From Thermomicrobiales bacterium (lineage in GTDB: Bacteria > Chloroflexota > Chloroflexia > Thermomicrobiales > CFX8): a stretch of DNA of 64,000 nt. The first letter of the stretch is position 1. Every line of letters begins with the position of its first letter. This document shows, in pieces, positions 1 to 8,576 of this stretch. Under the pieces are notes generated by a model. It was given only the letters and a program-made list of their open reading frames with translations, had not been told where the DNA came from and searched no databases. The translations under genes were made by a program, and so were the position numbers. The stretch spans positions 2,468 to 66,467 of the forward strand of contig DATKCN010000250.1 of the NCBI GenBank assembly GCA_035513175.1, given 5' to 3'.

Positions 1-1735
1 CCTGCCCGGCGCGCTCGCCGTCCGTGTCGATGTCGATCGTGCCGTCAGCGATCAGGTCGTCCAGCCGTTCGGCAACCAGGTTCGAGCGGTATTCCTTCAT
101 GTCAATGGCCTGCTCGATGTCGGAGGCCTCGATGAGGTCGTGACCGGCGCGGACAGCCCAGTGGTTCGCCTCGGTGAGCAGATCGGAGATGGCGCGCATG
201 CGTGTCGACAGGCGCTGCTGATGCTCTCGCAGCCGAGCGCCGTGCTCGATGACTTTCGCGATGGCGGCGCGCGTGAGGTGCTTCAGATCGTTGTCGCGCA
301 CCCAGCGGCTGATGAAGGCGACGTACTGGTCGACGTGCTCAGCGGTCCAGAGCATGTCGGGGGCGAACTCCGCCTTGACCTTGAACAGCTCCTCGAAGTC
401 CTCATCGGCGGCGAAGAGCAGCCGGTAATCGAGCGCGGAGCCGAGCAGGATAACCTTGATATCGAGGGGGATAGGCTCCGGACGCAGGGAGGCGGCCGGC
501 AACGGGCTCTGCTGCGCGGCCAGAGTCTCGACGCGGATGTCCTGACACAGGAGCGCCCGCTTCAGCGCCTCCCAGGCGAAGGGTTGACGCAGGACATCCC
601 CGACATGCAGAACGAGGAATCCGCCGTTCGCCAGGTGCAACGCGCCCGGCTTGATCTGGCGGAAGTCGGTCATCATGGCGCCAGGGACGGCGCGATAGTC
701 CATGCGTCCAATCAGGTTGTAGTAGGTCGGGTTGCGCTCGATGATGACCGGGGCGCCGCTGGTCGCGCCATTGTCGACCAGGACGTTGACATCGTAACGG
801 GTCAGGTACTCCGCCTGCGGCGACTGCGCCCACGGCAGGGCCGGCGCGCCCGCTTCTGCCTGACCGACCCCGGGACGGACCCGCAGCTCCTGATAGTGGG
901 CGATGAAATCCTGCTGGAGATTGTCGATGTGCGCGAGCACGTCCGGGAACGCCGCGTATCGCTCACGAACGTGATCGAGCAGCGGCTGGACAACGAACAG
1001 GGTCACCTCGCGATCGAGAGCGAGCACGCGGTCGGCCGCTTCACGGTCGAGCGCGTGAACCTGGATCATCGTGCTCGCCAACTGCTCCTGCACCTCGCGA
1101 GCGCGGCGGTCGATGTCAGCGCGCTGCTCCTCGGGAAGCGCGGCAAACTCAGCTGGGGCGAGGGGCCGGTTCTCGATGAGCGGCACGTTGGTGATCCCGG
1201 CCGGGGTGATGTCGAGCGCGAATTGCTGGGTCAGCGCGAAGGCGGAAAGCCTGGCGAACAACTCGTTACGGCGGGCTCCGATGCCGTTCAAGACCTCGCG
1301 GCGCCGCCGGTCGTACTCCTCGCTCTCGAACGCGCGCGCGACCTCGTCCCTGACCATGACGACGAGCTCCTGCATGGCGACGGCGAACAGCGCGCCCTGA
1401 CCGGCTGGAAGCTGGATGGCGTTCGGGTGATCGGCGTCGGTGAAGTTGTAGACGTAGACCCAGTCGGAGGGAGTCGGACGCTGTCCGGCCACGCCGCGCA
1501 GGTATTCGACGACGATCGTCTCGCGGCCTGAGCCGGGGGCGCCCGCGACGAACAGATTGAACCCGACACTCTGTATGGCGAGGGCGAACTCGATGGCGCT
1601 GATGGCGCGAGGCTGGCCGATCGTCTCGGTCAGGGGCGGAGTCTCAGTGGTCGTCGAGTAGGGCAGCGTGGCTGGGTCGAGGCGGCGCCGGAGCTGTTCC
1701 GGGTCCAGCGCGGCGGGCGCGGCTCTCGTCTCCAT
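1..1735 (-). CDS. Lon-like ATP-dependent protease family protein (LonB/YcbZ type), N-terminal ~578 codons; 3' end lies beyond the left window edge
   Basis: Absent from the ORF track because no stop codon is in-window. The minus-strand reading from ATG 1735..1733 stays open to base 2: METRAAPAALDPEQLRRRL...TIGQPRAISAIEFALAIQSVGFNLFVAGAPGSGRET (Walker A)...IKPGALHLANGGFLVLHV...PIPLDIKVILLGS. This is collinear with my memory of YcbZ/LonB-type Lon-like proteases. GGGGAGGG lies upstream of the ATG. The plus-strand ORF 140..1531 is its antisense shadow. Confidence 0.8.
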   Translation of the reverse strand, partial: METRAAPAALDPEQLRRRLDPATLPYSTTTETPPLTETIGQPRAISAIEFALAIQSVGFNLFVAGAPGSGRETIVVEYLRGVAGQRPTPSDWVYVYNFTDADHPNAIQLPAGQGALFAVAMQELVVMVRDEVARAFESEEYDRRRREVLNGIGARRNELFARLSAFALTQQFALDITPAGITNVPLIENRPLAPAEFAALPEEQRADIDRRAREVQEQLASTMIQVHALDREAADRVLALDREVTLFVVQPLLDHVRERYAAFPDVLAHIDNLQQDFIAHYQELRVRPGVGQAEAGAPALPWAQSPQAEYLTRYDVNVLVDNGATSGAPVIIERNPTYYNLIGRMDYRAVPGAMMTDFRQIKPGALHLANGGFLVLHVGDVLRQPFAWEALKRALLCQDIRVETLAAQQSPLPAASLRPEPIPLDIKVILLGSALDYRLLFAADEDFEELFKVKAEFAPDMLWTAEHVDQYVAFISRWVRDNDLKHLTRAAIAKVIEHGARLREHQQRLSTRMRAISDLLTEANHWAVRAGHDLIEASDIEQAIDMKEYRSNLVAERLDDLIADGTIDIDTDGERAGQ

Positions 1736-1927
1736 GCGCGGACCTGCCCTCCCCTCGTGTCCGGCGGGCGCGCGCCAGCCGGAGATGAGACAAGTCTACC
1801 CGGAGCGACGAAACGGGGTATGAGTGGGCGGGCGTTGCTGGCCGAATATGCTTGACGGTGGGCGGACGCGCCGCGTGAGTGGCGAGCGCCGCGGGTGACG
1901 GACCGCAGGGCGGCATGCCGTAACACG

Positions 1928-3124
1928 TTACGACCCATCGGACTCCGGGAGCCAGCCCCAGGGGTGCGGGCCCCAGTCCGGGACGATGAGCTCTCCGGCG
2001 CGGACGGTGAGGACGGGGACGAGTGCGGTATCGCCCGGCAGGGTGGCGTCGTTCAGGTCGCGAAAGATCCACGAGCCGTGCTCTTCCCGCAGCAGCGTGA
2101 CATCGGCCTCGCGGCCGGGCGCCAGCGCGCCGATGCTGTCGCCGAGCCCGAGCACGTTGGCGGGCGCAACCGTCGTCATGCGAATCACGTCGGTCAGGCT
2201 GAATCCGAGGGCCATGAAGCGCGACATAACCTCTGGAAGGCTGTAAACGAGCCAGCCCCGCCCCGGCGTGGTGATGTCGGTGGCGATGACGTCCGGCAGC
2301 AGTCCGAGGTCGAGTAGTTGGCGGGCGGCGGCGAACGAGAAGTTGCCGCGCCCGGGCGAGGATTCCATGACGACGCCCCGGTCGCGGGCTTCCAGCACCT
2401 CGGGGAGGATTCGGCCTCGTTCGTCGAGCAGGCTGCCGTGGCGGTCGGTGAAGATGTGGGACAGGACATCGCCAGCGTCGAGGCGGGTGACGACCTCGCG
2501 GGTGATGGCAGGGTCGCCCGGCCCAGCGTCGAAGTCGCCGATGTGGATCATCTGCCTGCCGCCGGATTCGCGCGCGGCCTGGCGGGTCAGATCGACCATG
2601 CTGCCGCCCATGGTGGCTACGGCGGGGCCGACGGCTCGCAGCTTGATGCCGAGGATGACGCCGGGGTGGTCTCGGGCGGTCTGAATCGTGGCAGCCAGAT
2701 CGATGTCTTCGGCGCTGCGAATCTCCGGAATGGACGACTGGCCGGTGCGGCCGATGTGCAGGAAGGCGAGGGTCCTGGTCTGCGCGGTGGCGATGACGTT
2801 GTGCATGAAGGGACCCCAGGTGTACGGTCCGGCCGTCCCAGCGTCGACGATCGTGGTTACGCCGGAGCGCACGCCCGCGAGGTCCGGATCGATGCTCACG
2901 CCCATGTGGGTGTAGACGTGCGCGTGCATGTCGATCAGGCCTGGCACGACCAGCAGGCCGCGCGCGTCGATCGTACGGCCTGCGTCAGGAACAGCGAGAT
3001 TGGCGCCGACCTGAATGATCCTGCCCTCGGAGACTGCGACATCCGCGACCCCGTCGAAGCCTGACGCGGGGTCGATGACCCGTCCACCGGAGATGACAAG
3101 GTCGGCGGTTGCGGGTTGGCTCAT
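1928..3124 (-). CDS. Amidohydrolase-superfamily metallohydrolase (dihydroorotase/deacetylase-like)
   Basis: ORF 1928..3418 trimmed to ATG 3124 (MSQPATADLVISGGRVIDPASG...), which is preceded by GGGAGA. It has the metal-binding HxH context GLIDMHAHV and the C-terminal GREADVTLL typical of the fold. The 98 upstream codons are Arg/Pro-rich and overlap the MFS gene end. Confidence 0.8.
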   Translation of the reverse strand: MSQPATADLVISGGRVIDPASGFDGVADVAVSEGRIIQVGANLAVPDAGRTIDARGLLVVPGLIDMHAHVYTHMGVSIDPDLAGVRSGVTTIVDAGTAGPYTWGPFMHNVIATAQTRTLAFLHIGRTGQSSIPEIRSAEDIDLAATIQTARDHPGVILGIKLRAVGPAVATMGGSMVDLTRQAARESGGRQMIHIGDFDAGPGDPAITREVVTRLDAGDVLSHIFTDRHGSLLDERGRILPEVLEARDRGVVMESSPGRGNFSFAAARQLLDLGLLPDVIATDITTPGRGWLVYSLPEVMSRFMALGFSLTDVIRMTTVAPANVLGLGDSIGALAPGREADVTLLREEHGSWIFRDLNDATLPGDTALVPVLTVRAGELIVPDWGPHPWGWLPESDGS

Positions 3125-3198
3125 ATGCGCGTCTCCCTGTGCTTCGTCCTGGGGCCGGTTTCGGCAGTATCGCACGGTCATCGCTGGCCGGGGATGCC

Positions 3199-4467
3199 TC
3201 AGGCAGGCTGCTCGACCCGTTCGGCGCGGTTGACGAGCATGAGGGCCAGCGCGACGAACATCAGCCCGATCATGAAGAACAGGGCCGGGGTGTAGTCGTC
3301 GGATTGCGAGCGGATGAAAGCCATGATGACCGGGCCAAGCGCCGAGCCGACGATGGAGATCATCATGGCGGAGCCCTGCACGCGGCCCAGGCCGTGGCGG
3401 CCGTAGTAGTGGGCCCACGTGACGCGGCTGACCATCATCGACATGCCGCTGCCGGCGCCGATGATTGTGCCGTAGACGAAGGCCATTGGCGTCGTGTTGA
3501 TGAACTGGAGCATGACCGGTGGGACTAGCAGGATGAGGAGGGCAACGATGTAGAGTGGACGCGGCCCGAAGCGGTCGATAAGGAAGCCCGCCGCGAAGCC
3601 GAAACTGGCGGAGGCTAACGCCATCGGCGTGAACGCCGCGGCGGCGATGGTCGCGTTGATGCCCCGCTCAGCGAAGATCGATGTCTGGTGGAAGATCAGC
3701 GCGGTGTCGACCAGTCCCGGCATCGACATGGGGATTGCCAGCATCCAGAACATGCGGGAAGTCAGCACCTTGCGGCGGTCAGGCTCGCCAGCGGGCCGGA
3801 CCCGCTCACCGACCGGGGGCTCGTCCGAGCCGTCGGGATGCAGGCCGACATCCTCCGGGCGGTTGCGGACGAGGAAGATCGCGACCGGCACGATGACGAG
3901 CCAGATCACGAGTCCGAAGATGAGGTAGGACTCGCGCCAGCCGAGGTTCTCGATCAGCAGGCGTCCGACGGGCGGGAGGGTGGCAGTGGAGAGCGCGCCA
4001 GCCAGCCCGGCGACGGCCATGGCCCGGCCGCGACGCCGGACGAACCACTGGGCGATCAGCAGGGTGCCGTTGATCGGCAGGGCGCCCTGGCCGAGGCCAC
4101 GCAGCGAGGCTAGAGCCAGCGAGAACAGCAGCCAACCACCGGCGAAGGCCATGCCGAAGCAGGCGAAACCGAAACCAATGCCGATGATGGTGAGGGTGAA
4201 GCGCGGCCCGCGCCGGTCGGCCAGACGGCTGATGAAGAAGACCATGCCGGCGCTGACGAATGTGCCGGCGGCGTAGAGAGACGAGATGCCGGTGCGGGAC
4301 AAGCCGGTGTCGGCCATGATGGGGTCGATGAAAACGGAGAACATGTAGGACTGGCCGGGACCGGACATGTACTGGGTCATCATCGCGATCGCGACGATCA
4401 CCCAGCCGTAGAAGTAGCCGCGCGAGTGCAGCAACGCGGGCAGCCCGCGACCGTGGTCCCCCGTCAC
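3199..4467 (-). CDS. MFS transporter
   Basis: 422 aa with about 12 hydrophobic segments and an MFS loop motif (RLADRRGPR). GTG start with GGGAAGG 7 nt upstream. Likely co-transcribed with the downstream amidohydrolase. Confidence 0.85.
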   Translation of the reverse strand: MTGDHGRGLPALLHSRGYFYGWVIVAIAMMTQYMSGPGQSYMFSVFIDPIMADTGLSRTGISSLYAAGTFVSAGMVFFISRLADRRGPRFTLTIIGIGFGFACFGMAFAGGWLLFSLALASLRGLGQGALPINGTLLIAQWFVRRRGRAMAVAGLAGALSTATLPPVGRLLIENLGWRESYLIFGLVIWLVIVPVAIFLVRNRPEDVGLHPDGSDEPPVGERVRPAGEPDRRKVLTSRMFWMLAIPMSMPGLVDTALIFHQTSIFAERGINATIAAAAFTPMALASASFGFAAGFLIDRFGPRPLYIVALLILLVPPVMLQFINTTPMAFVYGTIIGAGSGMSMMVSRVTWAHYYGRHGLGRVQGSAMMISIVGSALGPVIMAFIRSQSDDYTPALFFMIGLMFVALALMLVNRAERVEQPA

Positions 4468-4667
4468 TCGAACGCCTTCCCGGCCTCAGTCTCGTCTCAG
4501 TTTGGGCGAGGCCAGTGTACCACGGAGAACGGACCCCTCCCCCACGGGGAGAGGGGGCTTTCGGTTGTCGATCGCACGGCGCTTCACTTCGCGCAGTTGG
4601 GGTTACTTTTTTGTCACCATCTCCTGACACGTTCCTGCGACGTCCGGCGCGGGGATCGCAACGTGCG

Positions 4668-4787
4668 CGGGCGCATTGCCATTCGCCCCGATGGCGGGCA
4701 CGCTGATGGATCGACAACAGAGGATCTGGCCTGGTGTCAGGATGCCAGGGTGGCGCCTATCCAGCCGGGCGCATTGCCATGCGCCCC
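4668..4787. repeat. Two copies of a 22-nt REP-like palindromic motif CGGGCGCATTGCCAT(T/G)CGCCCC (4668..4689 and 4766..4787)
   Basis: Direct repeat about 98 bp apart in the 417-bp gap upstream of the MFS gene. The second copy is a perfect 8-bp dyad, GGGCGCAT-tgcc-ATGCGCCC. On the minus strand it reads GTAGGGGCGCATGGCAATGCGCCC, the same GTAGGGGC-hairpin style seen at 31329, 31561 and 31647. Confidence 0.6.
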
Positions 4788-4884
4788 TACCCATCTTCAA
4801 CACCGTGCCACCAGCCAGTTGACCCCGTATTGGTCCGCCGATTGGCGGTCTAATGCCTGTAACCCAACGGCGGCGGTCAGGCAC

Positions 4885-5853
4885 TCAGACCGCCACCCGC
4901 ATCACCTTCTCGAACACGAGCGTGCTCTGGATGGGGTGCATCCCAGCGTTCATGTACAGGCGGTCGGCGCCGGTGAGGCTGGTGGAGTCGACGCTCAGGC
5001 TGACCCGGGACTTGCCGCGACGGTAGAACTCGCCGAAGGTGTGGCACAGGAGGGCGCGGGCGATGCCACGGCGGCGCCAGGGGCGACGGACGGCGACGTA
5101 GCGGACGTGGCCCACCCGCGGTTCGCCAGGGCGCTCCCAGCGGCAGATAATGTAGCCGATGATCCGGCCGGTCGCGTCATCAATCGCAAGGAACCAGAGG
5201 GTGCTGTCGAAGTTGGCCTCGCGTTCGACGAAGTAGTAGCGGAATTCCTCGTCGGTGAGGCTGGAGTGGCCCCACTCGTCGCTCTGGGCGTCTTCCCAGG
5301 CTTCGTGAACGGCGTCCACCTCGGCGGGGTCGAACGTGCGGACGCTTACGCCCTCAGGCCAGACCGGGGCGGGGGGAGGCTCGTGCATGTCGATCTGCAT
5401 GCGATGCCAGACGCGGCTGCGGCTGAAACCGGCCTGGAGTATGCGCTGTTGAAGGGGCAGGTTGGTGGCCCAGGCGCGCGCTTCGAGCGTGACTCGCTCG
5501 CCAGAGGGCGCCCGCGGAAGCGTGAGGGCCGCCCGTTGCTCAGCCCAGTTCAGCAGAAACTCCTCGATGCCACGATTGTCGAAGCCGGGCAGGACGCCGA
5601 ACTCACACTCGCTGACGGTGAAGGGCTCGTACTCGGTGAGGTCGGCGTAGGCGACGATCTGGCCGTCGGGATCGAGCACGACGACGTTGTTGGTTTCGAG
5701 GTTGCTGTCCGCGCCCTCCCAGAACATGCTCAGTCGCTCGACGGTGGTGTCGCCCGTGCCGATGTCGTGCATCGAGCGTGCGTTTTCGACGATGACGACG
5801 GCCTCGACATCTTCCATCGTTGGAGCGCGAGACACGAAACCGGCTGGAAGCAT
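4885..5853 (-). CDS. Tandem-GNAT N-acetyltransferase (two acetyltransferase domains, MshD-like architecture)
   Basis: ORF 4885..5865 started at ATG 5853 (MLPAGFVSRAPTMEDVEAVV), with GGAGGA 4-5 nt upstream. The C-terminal domain has the acetyl-CoA motif VRRPWRRRGIARALL. The N-terminal half is a second, more divergent GNAT fold (VLPGFDNRGIEEFLL). Confidence 0.8.
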   Translation of the reverse strand: MLPAGFVSRAPTMEDVEAVVIVENARSMHDIGTGDTTVERLSMFWEGADSNLETNNVVVLDPDGQIVAYADLTEYEPFTVSECEFGVLPGFDNRGIEEFLLNWAEQRAALTLPRAPSGERVTLEARAWATNLPLQQRILQAGFSRSRVWHRMQIDMHEPPPAPVWPEGVSVRTFDPAEVDAVHEAWEDAQSDEWGHSSLTDEEFRYYFVEREANFDSTLWFLAIDDATGRIIGYIICRWERPGEPRVGHVRYVAVRRPWRRRGIARALLCHTFGEFYRRGKSRVSLSVDSTSLTGADRLYMNAGMHPIQSTLVFEKVMRVAV

Positions 5854-5887
5854 TCGTTCCTCCACTCAGCACGGCGCGGCGCCGGAC

Positions 5888-6148
5888 GCGCCACTCTTTG
5901 GCAGCCGGGAGGCGCTGCGCGCCATCGTGCGCGAAGAAATCGGTACGACCTTTTACCCGTCGTCCACCTGCCGCATGGGACCGGCCAGCGATCCGTGCGC
6001 GATGGTCGACGCTCACTGCCGCGTGCATGGCGCCGGGAGCCTGCGGGTCGTCGACGCATCGATCTTCCCGCATGGTCCCCGCTGCAACCTGCACTGGCCG
6101 ATAATCGCCGTCGCCGAACGGGCCGCCGCGCTGGTGCGAGCTGGCTGA
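5888..6148 (+). pseudogene. GMC-family (choline dehydrogenase-like) oxidoreductase, C-terminal ~85-codon remnant
   Basis: The tail of ORF 5687..6148 reads ...REALRAIVREEIGTTFYPSSTCRMGPASDPCAMVDAHCRVHGAGSLRVVDASIFPHGPRCNLHWPIIAVAERAAALV. This matches the extreme C-terminus of GMC oxidoreductases (..H-P-x-G-T-C-x-M-G...VVD..L.V.G...LRV.DAS..P......N......AE..A). The ~450 N-terminal residues, including the FAD-binding domain, are missing, and the active-site His is replaced (FYPSS). Confidence 0.65.
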
Positions 6149-6240
6149 CATGGCGAGCTACACGGCGCATCGCGACATGCGTGGCCCGGCCGGCGGAACC
6201 CGTGGCGAGAGGCGCCGTTCTCCGCGGCACGCGTTGCACG

Positions 6241-8427
6241 TTACGAAATGACAGCCGTTGCCGCCTCCAGCGCCCACTCCGGCTCGCGGCCGGGCAGCGA
6301 CACGACGTAGGCGGTGACGACATCGTCCAGAGCCAGGATCTCCATCATTGCCTCGGATGAGATGGCGTCGTCGACGTTGAGCACCATGATGGCGTCCCCG
6401 CCGGGGTGGTGGCGGCCCACCTGCATGCCCGCGATGTTGACCTCGTGGCTGCCCAGGATCATCCCGATGCGGCCGACCATGCCCGGCTTGTCGCGGTGGT
6501 GCGTGATGAGCACGTCGCCGCTCAGCGGGCGGTCCAGAGAGAAGCGGTCGACCTCGATGATGTCGGCCTGCCCGTCCGACCAGCGCACGGTGACGTGATG
6601 CTCGTCGTCCGCTCGCGTCTCAAACGAAAATTCGACCGCGGCCCGTCCGCCGCGCGCGTCGTGCACGACGCGGGGCTCGATGTGATGCTCGCTGGCGACA
6701 ATGCGGGCATTCACCGGCGTTACGCGGGCCGTCGTCCAGTGATGCAGCCCCTCTGCCAGCGCGGCGATGAAGACGCGTTCGACGACCTCCGCGGGCGCGT
6801 TGCCGCGCACCGTCATCTGCACCACGATCGGAATGCTGGATCCCAGCACGCCGAGCAGGCGCCCGGCCGCTCCGGCGACGCGCGTCAGCCGCTCCAGCTC
6901 GAGCGCGTCCAGCGCCGCGGCGGGCAGGTTGACGGCGTTCGGGACAGATTCGCCTCGCAACGCGGCCAGCGTCGTTTCGGAGATGATGTCGCCGACCGCC
7001 TGTAGCGCTTCGGCGCTGCTACCGCCGATGTGCGGCGTCAGCACGACGTTCGGCCGACCCCACAGCGGCGAGCTCGTCACCGGCTCGCGCGGGAACACGT
7101 CGATTCCCGCGGCGGCAACGATGCCCGCGTCCAACGCCTCGGCCAGCGCATGCTCTTCGACCACGTCGCCGCGCGCGCAATTGATGACGATCACTCCCCG
7201 CTTCAGCAGCGGCAGCGTCTCGCGTGCGAGCATTCCCCGCGTCTCGCTGGTCGATGGGACGTGGTAGGTGACGATGTCGCTGCGTTGCAGCAGCTCGGCG
7301 TAGGAAACGGACTCGGCTCCGAGTGCGGCGAAGCGTTCGGCAGGCACGTAGGGATCGTGGGCGAGCAGGCGCATCTCGAAGGCGGCCAGGCGCTGGGCGA
7401 CGACGCCGCCGACGCGGCCCAGCCCGACGATGCCCACCGTCCGGCCGCGAAGGTCGAAGGGCCGGTAGCGGGCGCGTTCCCAGCGGCCCGCGTGCAGTGT
7501 CGCGTTCGCGTCCGGCAGCTGCCGGGAGATGGCAAGCAGCAGCGCGATCGTGTGCTCCCCGGCGGAGACCGCGTTCGCGCCGGGCGCGTTCAGCACCAGC
7601 ACGCCGGCCCGCGTGGCCGCCTCGACATCGATGTTGTCGACGCCGACGCCCGCGCGCGCCACGACCCGCAGCCGTGGCGCTGCTCGCAGCGTGGCCTCGT
7701 CGACGATCGTCTCGGAGCGCACGACCAGCGCGTCGGCGTCCGCCAGCGCGGCGCGCAGCGCGGGCACGTCCAGCCCTGGCACGTCGATCACGCGCGCGCC
7801 GGCCGCCAGCCGCTCGCGGGCGGAGTCGGCGATGCGGTCGCTGACGACGATCGTGGGCCGCTCGTCCGGGACGAGCACGCGCGCCTCGTCGAACAGGCGG
7901 GCGGCGGCCTCAGCCAGGTCGGAGACGATGTGCGTGATGCCGCTCGGGCGCACGGTCAGCCCGATGGGCAGGAAGTAGCAGGTGATCCCCGCCGCGAGGT
8001 ACGAGCGGGTGTGCCGGATGCTGTCCTCGATGGCGTGCGTGATGCCCACCTCGCGGGCGACGCTGACCTTGTCGTCGGCGAAGATTACCTCGCACACGTC
8101 GAGGCCGTGCTTCGCCAGCCAGGCGTGCGTCATCTCGCGCGACGAGGTCGGGCGGGCGGTAACCACCCTCATGTTCTCGGCGCCGATGCGGGACGCGACG
8201 CGGCGCAGGAACTCGCGGGCCAGCGGGTTGGGCGCGAGGGTCGTGGCCGGGCCGTCCGGGCCGTAGACCCAGTCGCGCACTGCCATGGTGACGGCGTGCC
8301 CGGTGGAGTCAACGAACGAGGAGTCCGGGAGCACCAGGTTGAAGTGCTCGTTGGCGGCGCGAGCCAGCAGTGACGGGTGCTCGGTCAGCACGCCGTCGAG
8401 GTCGATCGCAAGCCGTATCCGCGTCAT
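6241..8427 (-). CDS. serA: Fusion protein: N-terminal HAD-superfamily (NT5C-like) phosphatase domain + type-I D-3-phosphoglycerate dehydrogenase (catalytic, ASB and ACT domains)
   Basis: ORF 6241..8526 started at ATG 8427 (MTRIRLAIDLDGVLTEH). Residues ~1-200 carry HAD motifs: DLDGV (DxD), VVTARP (motif II), DDK...AIEDS. Residues ~215-729 carry GVGVDNID, GIVGLGRVGG (NAD fold), NCARG, TPHIGGSS, then an ASB region and the ACT domain (VLITHHRDKPGMVGRIGMILG). Confidence 0.85.
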   Translation of the reverse strand: MTRIRLAIDLDGVLTEHPSLLARAANEHFNLVLPDSSFVDSTGHAVTMAVRDWVYGPDGPATTLAPNPLAREFLRRVASRIGAENMRVVTARPTSSREMTHAWLAKHGLDVCEVIFADDKVSVAREVGITHAIEDSIRHTRSYLAAGITCYFLPIGLTVRPSGITHIVSDLAEAAARLFDEARVLVPDERPTIVVSDRIADSARERLAAGARVIDVPGLDVPALRAALADADALVVRSETIVDEATLRAAPRLRVVARAGVGVDNIDVEAATRAGVLVLNAPGANAVSAGEHTIALLLAISRQLPDANATLHAGRWERARYRPFDLRGRTVGIVGLGRVGGVVAQRLAAFEMRLLAHDPYVPAERFAALGAESVSYAELLQRSDIVTYHVPSTSETRGMLARETLPLLKRGVIVINCARGDVVEEHALAEALDAGIVAAAGIDVFPREPVTSSPLWGRPNVVLTPHIGGSSAEALQAVGDIISETTLAALRGESVPNAVNLPAAALDALELERLTRVAGAAGRLLGVLGSSIPIVVQMTVRGNAPAEVVERVFIAALAEGLHHWTTARVTPVNARIVASEHHIEPRVVHDARGGRAAVEFSFETRADDEHHVTVRWSDGQADIIEVDRFSLDRPLSGDVLITHHRDKPGMVGRIGMILGSHEVNIAGMQVGRHHPGGDAIMVLNVDDAISSEAMMEILALDDVVTAYVVSLPGREPEWALEAATAVIS

Positions 8428-8576
8428 GTGGGTCGCAGTCCTGACGTTAGCCGGAGGTGGCTGCCCGAGCGTGTAAAATCGGAGCGTGCCACACCGCGGC
8501 GGCCGGATGCAATCGTCTGCCGGCACGGATTACAGCGCCGTGAGCCCACTCGTCATTCCCTGTCGCCAGCCGTCGA

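Noticed and set aside
140-1531. 463-aa plus-strand ORF, the longest ORF listed at the left end.
   Set aside because: Its composition is Arg/Asp/Gly/Leu/Val-rich with no motifs. It lies exactly antisense to a well-supported Lon-like gene that is open to the window edge. This is a typical GC-rich shadow ORF.
4426-6360. 644-aa plus-strand ORF spanning the MFS/GNAT region.
   Set aside because: It runs antisense to the GNAT gene and through intergenic DNA. It is low-complexity and Arg/Ala/Gly-rich. The only family-like plus-strand sequence here (the GMC remnant) is in a different frame (ORF 5687..6148).
7323-7844. 173-aa extremely Arg/Pro/Ala-rich plus-strand ORF inside serA.
   Set aside because: It is an alternative-frame artefact of GC-rich coding sequence. 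The PGDH frame on the minus strand is unambiguous.
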